Assembly (NCBI GenBank): GCA_030390025.1
Contig: CM059443.1
Span: 22,506,001 to 22,570,000, forward strand
Source: Squalus acanthias
Lineage: Eukaryota
Reading direction: 5' to 3'
Length of the DNA: 64,000 nucleotides
Position numbers and translations under genes: made by a program. The notes beneath the pieces were generated by a model. That model had not been told where the DNA came from. It did no database searches and worked only from the letters and a program-made list of their open reading frames with translations. Shown here piece after piece: positions 25,801 to 37,800 of this stretch (its first letter is position 1; the number at the start of each line of letters is the position of its first letter).

Positions 25801-28290
25801 CTGAGTGATATGTCTCACTGCTTATTGCACTTTGTCCAAATTACTTGCAAATTAATGTTTGATTTTTGACTTAATGGTTTAAGTTGACTTTTTGATCATT
25901 TCACACATAGCAGCTAATTCCTATAATATCCAGATATATAAGGGGTGATTTTAACCCTACATGCCCATCGAAAGGCGGGCAATTAAAATCAGCTGGGAGA
26001 TTTAACCCACTAATATCCCACACCGATCCCGCTGCCTTCTATTTTAACCTGCCCTTTGCCTGAAGTTGGTTGGGTCCTTCTTCAAATATGCAGATCGGGC
26101 TCTGATGATGTGATCAGGCCCCCGACTGTCATTTTAACTGTGGCCTGAGCGGGGAAGCCGTTGTGGCCTTCCTGTATGTGAAGATAGCAGGAAGAGGATT
26201 CAGCTCCAGAAGAGCCTCAAATAGGTGGAAAGTTTTGGCCTCCCCTGCCCCAGGCTGACTGTTTACAGAGCATTTTTAAAGTAAAATACCACTGTACCAT
26301 TCCCTGTTATCCATCTTGACTCGATGCACATTACACCTTTCTGTAACTGTAAATAAATATGCTGTTCCAGCGTAACCAGTACGATTATGGACTGCATGCA
26401 GTATGATTTCTCTGACATTTTGTCATTGGAACCCCATATAAAATTGAATACAGTTAAATTATAATATGAGAAGTACCTGTGATGGAAAATATATTCTTAA
26501 ATATAAGAAGGAGATGACAACAGCTTGGAAATTATCCAACAGATATTTAACTACTTTATCAAATATAATGTCCTTGGTGGACAATCAGTATGGAATACTG
26601 ATCGTCTATGATCAGAATAAAATGTGCAGTGTCGTCAAATAATGCACATCAACTTTAGTTTAGGGACCTAGTGATGGAATAATATACGTTATCATTCCAG
26701 GGACATTTGATGGCTCGTGTGTGATGCCTGAAAGTATCCACTGTTGACTTGCAGAATCTTTACATGAAAACTTATTGCTTTTTCTAAGTTATAAACTACA
26801 GTGCTTTTTTATATTTTAACGTGCTGTCCTGTGCCGTTTTGCAATGATCATTAATAAATATCAAGCTGTTCATTAATAACAAAATAAATTGGACATACCA
26901 TTATAAAATGCTGTCATTATAAAGATATTAAGTATAACCTAACCATAAAATAATCATCCTGAATTTAATCACAGTTAAGTTTGTTATTGCTGCTACAGAC
27001 CCTCACTAACCAGGTTCCAGGATTTAGAATTCACCCATTCGATCCTATATGACACTATCAAAACTCTGTACAGTTTGCCCCACAGAATATGATTTTTGAG
27101 TAGAACACTCTGGACAAATATTTTATATCAGGAGATTGTCCACTTAAAATAGAATATATAATGCACAATTGTCAGCCAATTGCAGCTCAAAAATTATTAT
27201 AATATTCAAGAATTTAAAAGTGTTTGAGGCATTTTTCAAAATTCTGGAGCTTCAATCAATAGTGATGTCTTCAGGTGTAAATTTATCTATGATTCTGTAT
27301 GGTCTTCAATTGTTATACTTCAGTGTGTTATTACCTGCTACATCTGTGAATGTAAATGACCTGACCTATTACCACAAACTCAGCTCTACATACAGTTTAA
27401 TCTGAGGACATACAAGTTTCATAAGATTTACACTTTGCCCTATTTGATATTATAGGACCTTATTTATATTTGTCGTAACTGTCTAGGAGTCCAGTGGATT
27501 TTTGAATATAAGGGTATTTTAGTATTGTTATTATTTGAGTAACACAGTACCAATAAACAGCAACTGTTTATTGTGAATGAAACCAAAGATTAAAATGTCC
27601 ACACTGTGGTAATACACATTTTCTATGTATAAAAATCTGTAGAGTTTTATGTCGCAACTAAGATACAGATGATATTGTGAGGCTGCCACTGTTGTATAAT
27701 GCTTTCATGTTGTAATAGCTTGTCCTGGAGAATAATGATCTTCTTCTACAGGGTAAATTAAAGAAATGACGTGGCATCCAGAGTGTTGAATTGGTGTGGT
27801 ATTATTTGGTTGAATCTTCTGTCTCCTTTTTTCATTTTTGTTTTGGGAGAGAAATGTAATGAAGTCAGGATTTTCTGGGTACGAACTGCAAAATGTTAAA
27901 CAATTCCTTTGTGTAGAAATATAAATGCCATCTTAGCGCATGGTTCTTGAAATTTGGCTGCATCTCTTTATTTATAGCTTAGCTTTGCCACCAGACCTAT
28001 TTCATAATGTCTTATCTACTGTGAAATGCAATTATTAAATGTAGACACTCTGTTTCAGTGTTGTTAAGCTATTAAAATGGGTAAGTGTTTGGCACTTTAT
28101 ACAGTTACCTAACTCATGATATAGTCTGGTGTTTAGGTACTATAATCTTGTCATAAACTCTCCATCAGGCACAATTGTGTCTTTCTATCTGCATCTTGTC
28201 AAAAATCACATATTTGTTCATGCTTTATTGTCATTACTGTGCTGTAAATTTTGACATTTATGTTTAATAAATTATTTTCTATTCATTCAC
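19837..28290 (+). other. Putative long 3'UTR of ONECUT3
   Basis: AT-rich, almost transposon-free tract after the stop codon, with many miRNA seed matches. AATAAA at 28266-28271 is followed by GT-rich sequence. Several earlier AATAAA exist, so the 3' end is inferred. Confidence 0.5.
25942..26250. mobile_element. Decayed Harbinger-type MITE within the putative 3'UTR
   Basis: GGGGTGATTTTAACC end as in other MITEs; repeated ATTTTAAC; right boundary unclear. Confidence 0.45.
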
Positions 28291-28611
28291 TAATACCGGA
28301 GTCCTACATCTGGCATTATTAATTTGGTTTGTGCCGAGTTCATTGGGAAAGTTTTTTCTCTGTTTAATATTTTGTAGTGAATATATGGTAACTCCTGGAA
28401 GTGAGAATGCATTCCTATAATTATCGATTCATAATGAATGCCACATCATTTGTCTCCTATATTTTCTGAAAACTATACTCCAGTAAACTGCATGTTCTTG
28501 TTCGAAATGTGCTAGTTACTTTCCTCTAATTTAGCACCTCCCATGTCATACCTTCTTTGTGCTACTACAGCACACAAAGATTTCAAACAGCATTGTTTTA
28601 CCGGTTTGCAG

Positions 28612-29074
28612 AAAGAAAGAAATAACTTGTATTTATATAGCACTTTTCATGACCTCAGGACATCTCAAAGTGCTTCACAACCAATGAATTACATTTGTAG
28701 AGAAACATGGCAGTCAATTTGAACACAGCAAGGTCCCACAAACAATGAGATACATGACCAGTGGTGTTGGTTGAGGAATAAATGTTGGCCAGGACACTGA
28801 GAGAACTCCTCTGATCTTTTTCGAATAGTGCCATGGGATCTTTTACATCCACTTGAGATGGCAGAAGGGACCTCGGTTTAACATTTCATCCAAAAGATGG
28901 TACCTCCGACAATGCAGCACTCCCTCAGTAGTTACTTTAGCGCTTCTACAAGGTGCTTCCCTCAGTGCTACACTGAAGTGTCAGCTGAGATTATGCATTC
29001 AGATTCTGGAATGGGGCTTGCATTCAAGACCTTCTGATTTAGATGCGAGAGTGCTACCTCTGAGCCAAGGCTGA
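28612..29074 (-). mobile_element. Deu-domain SINE
   Basis: Reverse complement of the 5268-5698 family (TAGTGCCATGGGATCTTTTACATCCAC; TTGGCCAGGACAC). Confidence 0.75.
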
Positions 29075-30615
29075 GAAAGGCCTGCACACTACTGGTCACA
29101 CTAGGGGTGTGAGCCCTAGTGCTTATCTGAAGTGCTTATGCTTACTTTAGTGCTTCTACAAGGTGCTTCCCTCAGTGGCTACAATATGGGAGGTGGGAGG
29201 CTGCTGTGGCTCATTCAAGGACTCGAGAGATGCTCGTGGTTGATGGCCTCTAGAAGCTCAGGCCTGAAAGGAACCATCTGTAGACTGGAACAACTCGGTA
29301 TCTGCCAGAGCAGTCTTTCCAAGCTGGTTTTCTGGCACCAGGGTGGGCACTGGTTTAGGTGGTCACGGGGGTACAGACATGTTGACCTCGTGAGAGTTGG
29401 CATCATGTTCCATTCTCATTGCATGATTGCCCCTGCTACTTCTACTGATCTGCTGAAAAGCAGACTCTGGGAGGCCTGTGATCTGATTGCTCTCTCAGCT
29501 TGTCCGAGGCAGAGGAGATGGTTGAGCCCAGAGCCTGCATGGCCCCAGTATGAGCATCCCTGAAAGGTGGTGTTACAGACTCCTGCAGGGAGGGGCGCAG
29601 CTGCAGCAGCCGTTGAGGTGCCACATGCTCCATGGTTGATGGCAGGGTGTTGATAGTATGGGTGAGAACCCCACACAAGTTGGCCGTGGACTCCACCGCA
29701 CTATGTGACAGTCCAATGCATTCAGAAATTGCTGCTGCGCAGAAATGATCTTTCTTTTAAATGCTGAGCCCCTGAAGTCTGCATCCTGTCCTCTTCAACA
29801 GAGCTAGGATGTGCGCTGGCCCTTCAGTTAGTACTTTCCTAAGCCATCCTTGCCACCTTCTCCTGTTCATTGTGCTCGGAGAATCTCCCCAGTGCAGTCC
29901 CCTAGAACTCACTAGCTAAGTTATGCGGGATGCCGATATCTATGTTGGTGCTTGACAGGGTTAAGAGTGAGTGACGGTGCATTGACATCCTCAACAGTTG
30001 TCCGATTGACGTAGAAAAAAGGGAGACAGACTAGTGTTAGAATATGGTTGCAAGGGTAAGCACTGGCAGATCAGTGACAGTACAATGCACCATCAGATTG
30101 TCATGTTGAGTATGTGACTGAAAGATTTAAGTAGAAAGAGAAAAGGAATGGATAATGCCAACATGCCCTGCTGTGCCAGGCCTCCAGCCTTGCCATCTCC
30201 CATGCTAACTACTGTGTGTCTTCCAATGATGTTGCATTGGGTGTTATGTTTGCAGTGTAGCAGACCACCTCTTGTGCTGGTTGTCTGCCTCCTGTTGTTT
30301 TTCACAGCTTTTCCTGCAAGAAGAGTAGAAATGAGTTCATGTGTGCCCTGGGTAAAGGTTTTCAACATGTATGAGCCAGTTTACCATTGTATACATGATG
30401 ACAGGAAGAAACAGCAAGTGTGACCAAGATGGAGAAGCAACTGTGAGGGAAGTAGCAACTTTTGAAGGTGTGAGTGCAAGCAGTGCATTGAAGTCTTCTC
30501 TGCTGACTATGGAGAGCCTTGACAAGCGATGAAGGGAAGGATTGATAGTGTTGAGGCAAAAATAGGGTCTGTGATGGGCTGTGTAGAAAGTATGAGATGT
30601 GAAGGAGAGCCTTAC

Positions 30616-30826
30616 CTTGACACTCCTGGTGAGATCATTACATTTCTTTTGGCAATGCAGCCAGATCCTGGTAAAAATGCTGATGGTGTTCATCTGTTGT
30701 GCCACCATGCCTGTTCACCAATTTGCCACAGTGCCCGGCCACCATCTGTGGGGAAGAGGACATTGTTTCTGTTGATCACTTCCTCCACCAGCATCTCCAC
30801 AGCTGCATCTGAAACCTCGGGGCCCT
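30616..30826 (-). pseudogene. Decayed Myb/SANT-like (trihelix) DNA-binding gene of a Harbinger transposon relic (about 29080-31220)
   Basis: RAPRF/SDAAVEMLVEEVINRNNVLFPTDG.../VAQQMNTISIFTRIWLHCQKKCNDLTRSVK across frameshifts, ending at a gtaagg donor; pattern of MSANTD/NAIF1-type Harbinger Myb proteins. Confidence 0.7.
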
Positions 30827-30973
30827 GCTGGAACTCATGTTGCCCACCAACATCTTCCTGCAGCTCCACAGGGTTGCTGCCCTCTTTTGCCCACAAAAAA
30901 GTCCTCCCTTTTACAAGAACCTGTAGCAAGAGCTGATTTTCTACCTCCTAACAGGTGAGCTGCCTACGGGGTA

Positions 30974-31088
30974 TCATAGAATAATACAGCACAGAAGGAG
31001 GCCATTCAACCCATCAAGTCTGCGCCGGCTCTTTCGAAGAGCAATCCAGTTAGTCCCACTTCCCTGCTCTTTCCCCATATCCCTTGCA
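30974..31088 (-). mobile_element. CR1 3' tail fragment
   Basis: CATAGAATAATACAGCACAGAAGGAGGCCATTCAACCCATC, same as the 58885 copy. Confidence 0.75.
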
Positions 31089-34000
31089 CTGGCAGCTTGC
31101 CTTCACCATGCAAATGAAAGGCATCCAGAAATTGGGGCGAATCCCTGACCAACTTCTCTGAGCAACCACTGCCTTGCCCACATCCTGCAATGTTTCCTGC
31201 TGGGAGACCAGAATATCTGCCAGTTTCTTCACTCACATTATATTCCAAACCCAAACTGGGCATTGCACATGTAGGTAATTAATCTCTTGACTATCCATTA
31301 TTCTGCATGTAGGTGAAAGAATATATTCTTTTTATAATAAAAATATTCGCAGTGCCAACATCCTCCATCATTAAAGAGTTGTCCATATATACATTTGATG
31401 ACCAAAGCTAAAGTCATGGCCCAGTAGTCTTAGTATAAAAGCTGTAGTCTCCCAACATGGGAAAAGGGGAGAGAGGGAAACTGATGGTCACAAGTTCAAA
31501 TCTCAGCTCTAACTTCCTTGCTTGTCCTCATTGGGCATGGTTCACCAGTTCTTAACCTGGCTGCTAAAGCAGTAATGCCCATTATCCACAGAGGGCAGCA
31601 TGAGCTGGCAGAACCAGCCTTTCCTTGGGAGATGTGCACCTACTGTCTGCTGATCAAGAAGCAACATTGGTGGTGGCCACGGAAGTACCCAACCCTCCAA
31701 ACCAAAGAAGAAACTATGGTGAGTAGTAACAGTGTGAGTGGGGGGGCGGGAGGGGGGGGGGGAGGGGGAAGCGGTGGTGGTGGTTGGGAGTGAGAAGAAT
31801 CAGGCGGGGGGAAGATATACGTAAGTAAGTAAAGATTAATGTAAGATATTTGTTTCCACAACTAACATCATTACTACTGGGCAAGTTAGGTGATGTAGCA
31901 GTTGGATTGCAGAAAATAGCACCATTCAGGTTCATTCATTCATAGATATAACGTCAGCTTGGCACGCTATGAAGACACTCTTTCCATCTACTTCATGGAC
32001 ATCCATGTTCATCTAACTGACTGGTGCAGCAATGCAGAATCTGAAGGTATGGAGACCAAAACCCTGTCAGCTGTTGTGTGCACTGTGGAATGAGAAAAAT
32101 GAATACACAACTTGAAATCAATACAGCAAAATTCCTCATAATATTGGTCTAAACACTGGGTTGTATGAAATCACTTCTCATTTTCTCTGATATATTTGTA
32201 AAATTCCTGATCCCAGCATATTCAAGTATGGAATTATGATGAAGTGAAACATTTCATAATGTTCCAAGATAAATTAGGCATCAACTCTTATGAAAGATAA
32301 GTTCAGAAATAACTTTATAATAGGAAAATCATATGTGCTAATTCATGAATAATTAATTAGGTTTAAAGTGTACACACTTCGGGCTAGTTATTTCTTATAA
32401 GGAGTCTTGAGATTCTAGACTAGAACCTGTTGGCACCAATATTAGAGGAAGCTATGTCTGGAACACTTTAATACAACTTTCTTTTAGCAATGAAATATAG
32501 TGAATCTCAATTATAGTTAAAGCTCTTGTCAATTTAAATTATTTCGTAAATCATGAAATAAATAATAATTTATTGAAATTGCAATGTACAACTTCTGCTC
32601 ATTCACAATTCTGAAAAAACTGTTCCACTAATGATAACGCAGGCTGAGTTTTAGTCATGAATCTTGTCTTATCTGTTCCCAACATGGCATCTTTCATTGG
32701 AATGGTTCAGATAAAATGAAGAGCGCACCATCATTTTTGGCATTACAACTTAAAGAGTACTTTTGTGAGGTGAGGCCTCCAGTTTGGAGTCTCACTAGAT
32801 GAGTACAGGTCAGAGATAGGGCTATAACACTATAGGGCTAACTCTGCAACCTATGTGAGGCTCCCTGCTGTGATACAGCCTCACAAAATTGCCCCTTTTA
32901 AGGTAAAGATTTAGAGTTTTGAACTTTAAAGAGAAAGTTAAGTTTTAATAAGAAATTAATATGTGTCCATTTTATTGGACTATTAATTTATTTAAAATAG
33001 CAGTCATACCTCATTATAACAGAGAATGAAAGAAATGGAATTTGAAATCACCAGTGACACTATGGAATTCTGTCACATGTGAAAATAGAAATGACAGTGA
33101 GTGATGTTATTGCACAAATGCTTAACACACTCAGATCAAATTCCTCTCATTGCCATTTCAGTGTTTAGCCATGCAGTTAAAATAGTAGAAAGGAAATTGC
33201 TATAAGCATTTGTATGATAACATTCCCTTTATACATTTTCAGTATTTTTACTAAATGTGTATCTTAATAATGAGCAAACAAAACAGAATAAATCGTGTTT
33301 TATAAACATTCAAGGACTCGAAAATATATGGTTCCAATATGGCTGAAATCTGTTCTATATAACATCAGAAAAATGAGGCCAGGTTGGTAATCTTCCAGAA
33401 GATCATAGAATCCATATTTTTCCAATTCCACTTAACCTAGTATCAAAAGCCTTTTTACAGATATATAAGGGGTAATTTTGTGAGCAGTGGGTCCCAGAGC
33501 AGAGCCTTGCTAAATGAGACTGCATGTCGGAGATTGGTGCTGGAGCCGACTCTGTGACCCATCTAGTAAGGTTCCACAGTGAGAGTCCCGCCTTGTAAAA
33601 TGACCCTGATGGAGCCTGGCGATGACTGTTGGCAATATTAACAGACTCTTAATGTGTCACGTGACATTTCTTTATCCACTATTTTAATGCAGGCATTATC
33701 CCATTTAAATGAGGTAATGTCTCTGCTAAATAGTAGGCCAGGGAATGCTGTATAAATGTGTTAAATGTTTGTCCACTAATATGGCCAACAATATGAGACA
33801 TAGGCCACAGTTCCTGAGTACTTCAAAGGAGACTTAACACTGAAACAACTTCAAATTTATTGCAGCATAACTTTCATACATACTTTTCTGCTCTAGCTTG
33901 TCTCCCCTCTATATGCCACACGCTATTCTTCAACTGAAAGGACAGGCACCCCTCCGGCAACCTATAACTGACTGTATGTAAAATGGCCCAGGTTAACTCT

Positions 34001-35689
34001 TGTGTTGCTTCTTAAGATGTATATTTTATAATAAACTATTAATAAGCCAAAAAAAAACCTGCGGCTGTAAATCTTACATTTTATATCCTTTAATCCATGC
34101 TTCTGCACTTAAATAGTTTAAGTTTTTCTTAGTCACTATCAGTTCCTGAACTGGGGTAGGGAAGGAGTTTAAAATATTCTTCAATAACAATACTCTGGAC
34201 ATTATATCCTACATCTTTTTTGTTGCAATGCTTTTTCTTTAATTGAACTTTCAAGAGCTTATATTCACATGTATACTTGGAAGCTGAACAGGTTTTGCTA
34301 GCTTGTTATGCATGCGATTGTAGACTCTTTATAGCAACAATGAATGCCTCCTACTTTTAAACTGCTGTTATGTTGCCCTTACTGGGGTGATAGGGCTGCC
34401 AGTTCCTCGTGGTTTTTACTGGGTCCTCATGGTGGCCGGACTTAGCAAATCAAACAAGTTTACTCTGATCCATGAGATGGGAACAGGTAGCCCTGGCACC
34501 TCACTAACCACTATATTAACGTTGTTTTAGAGATCGTTCTTTAACATTCTTGAGTCTATTGGGGTATCATTTTCATTTGTTAGCAGCTCTGTCTCTTTGA
34601 CAGATCTTAGGATCTCTCTTCTTTTTGGCAGAGTGGGAAGTTTAATCCATCAGGACCTGCTGAACAATACCATTGCTGGTGGTGCATCAGCTGGATTGTA
34701 TGGAATTGCTCTCAGGAACATAGAATTCTTGCTTAATGTTTTTTCCTTCTACCACAGCAGTGCAAGGAGCTACCTTCAGTGTTTTCGTAGTTCTCTTGAC
34801 TACATTGTTGTCTTGAGGCCAGAGTGGAGTTATGCTAAAAACTAAGATAGTTTAAAAAAAAGGTAAATTTTGTATCATTATACGGGGGAGCTTTTAGTTT
34901 TTAGCTTTTAGGGTCCAGTGAGATCGCTTATGCTTTGGTTTGATGGATTTAGCTAAGATGAGCGTCGCCGCTTGAACTTTTGGGAACCCGAAGCATTCGT
35001 CCATTATGAAAAGAGGTGCCTGCTATTAGGGAGATTGCAGAAATCGATACTGACTTCAGTCCATAGACTAATTGGCAATTCTGTCATAATGGTGCTTTGG
35101 AATTATCAGTTCCTGTGGCTTTGCTGGGTAGACAGTCCTTAATGCAGTTTTCTACATGGCTGTCAATATCAGGGAGTCATTCCTTTTGCTTAATGAAGTT
35201 CTTGGTTTTACATTCTTCTTGGGATAGGGCAACGAGGCAGTTCCAGAACTTCCCTGGAATTACCAATCTGGTGGCTTGCAGATGTAGATTGGTTACAGTT
35301 AGCTTTTGGTCCACATGTGCAAATGGCTGTATGCATGCTCTATCTACAGGAATAATTTGTTTCACTTGCTTTATTTTGCTTCCACCATCATCCTCTGACT
35401 GATTTGCGCATTATGTAGAGATAGAGATCAGACTGTGCTTCTTTTTGGATTTCACTTAGTGTCATGGCTTTTAAAATTGCATGCAAAGGATGAAATGAAC
35501 ACAAAAGCCTCACTGAGATCAGCTCTTGTGACATTTTCCCTTATTGCCAGCCAAATGGAGTGCTTTAAGAAATAATCTGCAGTATAATTATTTCTGGGCC
35601 ACTTGGTAGTCATAAATTTACACGTTCATCAGCTATCATTTAATCAATAAAAAAAGTAAAATTAAGCATTCCAGATATTGGGACTGATT

Positions 35690-36950
35690 TTCCGATACAG
35701 TATGCTCAGGAAATGTTTATTCCCCAGGACTTGACAGGATACATCAAAGAATCATAAGGGAAATGGGGGAGGAAATAGCAGAGACCCTAGAAATTATATT
35801 TCAGGGGTTTTATTGAGAGTGGATATGTGCTGGGGGACTGGAGAGTGGCCAATGTAATAATAATTTTCAAAAAGGGAGAGACTGAGCTAACCCAGATAAT
35901 TACAGGCTCACTTCACATCTGTGATAGGGAAAATTTTGCAATCATTAATTAGAAATATCTAAATGAAGAAAAAAATCATTAAAAGCAGCTAATATGGATT
36001 TCAGAAAGGAAGATCTTGCTTGGCAAACCTGAGGAGGTGACAGATATGGTGGCTGAGGGAAATACAGTGGATGCTGTGTACATGGACTTTCAGAATTCCA
36101 TTGACAAGGTGCCTTACAGGAGGCTATTGGAGAAGATTAAGGGGTATGGAATTAGGAGATGGGTAGCAAATTGGATTAAAAACTGGCTAGAAGGGAGGAA
36201 ACAGACAGTTCCTCAGAGTAGTTGGAAGTGGATAGTGGTTTCCCACAGGGTTCTGTTCTTGGACCCTTTCTGATCGCTGTGTACATCAATGATTTGGATA
36301 TTGGGCTAGAGAGTGGTGTCCAAATTTGCAGACAATACTAAAATAGGAGGCATGGTAAATAATTCTAAGGACCAAAGGAAGAAGATATTGGCCCGTAATT
36401 TGCAGGCCCCGACGGGCGTGTACGAGGTGCGAAGGTACATACGGAATCCCCAAAAGCATGAATGGGGATTCCCCCTTCTTTCATTCGTTGGGCCGGCCCA
36501 CGTGATCCCAGGGGCGCTTGCGAACCACGTGCGCCCCTGGGATACGTGGGCCTCTACCCGCGGGTACCCGGAGAGGCCCAGGACCGTGAATCTCCGTACC
36601 TCCCGGATCATCAGATACGCCGGCATTTTATTTGCGGATCAGCGGCAGTCCCCCGCGGAGAGCCTCTGACCGCAAATTCAGGGCCATTGAGAAGATGGTG
36701 GAATGGCCAAAGAAATGGCAGATGGAATTCAATGTCAGTAAATATGAAGTCAAATATTTTGATTAAAAAAATAAAAGTAATTATTTCACTTTGAATGGGG
36801 AAAAGCTGGATAATGTGAATCAGCAGAGGGACCTGGGGTTCTGGTTCACAAGACATTAAAAGCAGCACCTCAAATAGGTAAGGCTATTAAAAGTTAACGG
36901 AATTTAGTAAGAGCACAGATGAAGTACAGTGTGCAGTTTTGGACACCGCA
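35690..36950 (+). mobile_element. Decayed CR1 LINE ORF2
   Basis: VDAVYMDFQNSIDKVPYRRLLEKIKGYGI, SKFADNTKIGG and WQMEFNV motifs. Confidence 0.85.
36390..36685. mobile_element. 296-bp CpG-rich Harbinger-type MITE inserted in CR1
   Basis: TIR GGCCCGTAATTTGC / GCAAATTCAGGGCC; TSD ATT at 36387-89 and 36686-88. Confidence 0.85.
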
Positions 36951-36955
36951 ACATA

Positions 36956-37088
36956 TAGTTCCGACGAAGGGTTTCGACCTGAAACGTTAACTCTGTTTCT
37001 CTCTCCACGGATATTGCCTGGCCTGCTGAGTTTTTCCAGTGTTTTCTGTTGTTATTTCGGATTTCCAGCATCCTCAGTATTTTGCTAT
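36956..37088 (+). mobile_element. Penelope-like element terminal fragment
   Basis: Homologous to 38617-38760 (opposite strand); flanked by CATA duplication (36952-55, 37089-92) inside CR1 sequence. Confidence 0.65.
36957..36992 (+). ncRNA. Minimal type I hammerhead ribozyme motif (U4C variant)
   Basis: AGTT-CCGACGA-A-GGGT-TTCG-ACCT-GAAA-CG-TT-AACT. Confidence 0.5.
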
Positions 37089-37469
37089 CATAGGAAGGAT
37101 ATGCCCACCTGCCCGCTTTCTGCCTGAAGGGGTTAAATTCACCCCTATTGCTGTTTACCAGAGTAGATTGTAATAACCTATTCTCGTTTTGTTTTCCTCT
37201 TGTATTTCTCTGTGTTTACCTGCAGGCCGCATTTTTTTGTGTGCCTGTTTCTTTGTAATACACTTCCAGCAGATACACTGCAACGTTTCATCATCCCCTC
37301 CTCTGCTGTTGTAATCTCTCTTAGGATGTGTACTGTAAAATATTAATAAAGAACAAATCCAGAGGCTGAGTCTCACTTTCCCATCGCCACTCACCTTGGC
37401 TGAGCTGCAGGAGAAATGTTAAACATGATTAACACAGCACCAACAATTCTCCTCCCCGTCGCCCGGTAT

Positions 37470-37800
37470 CTTTTTCTGTTTCAACTATTTATTCAGTTTC
37501 CTCTTAGAAATGCAATGGCCTGTGCCTCGGTTATTGGCTGCGGCAAAGCCTTCCATGCTCTAACAATTTTCTGTATAAAGACATTTCTCCTGAGCTCTTT
37601 CCCCAATCTGTTAGTGGCAATTTTAAATTGACCAGCTCCCCGTCAATCCGAGAAAATAGTTTGACCCTATTCACCTTATAAAAGTCCTTCAGAATCTTAA
37701 AAACTTCCATTAAATCTCCTCAGTCTCTGCTCCAGTGGAAATAATCTCAAGTGTTTCCCCATAACTATAGTTCTCCTCCCCGGTACCAGTCTGGTGAAAC
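37470..37800 (-). mobile_element. Decayed CR1 3' fragment
   Basis: CR1-like 3' motifs on the - strand (GAGAAATGTCTTTATACAGAAAATTGTTAGAGCATGGAA). Confidence 0.6.
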
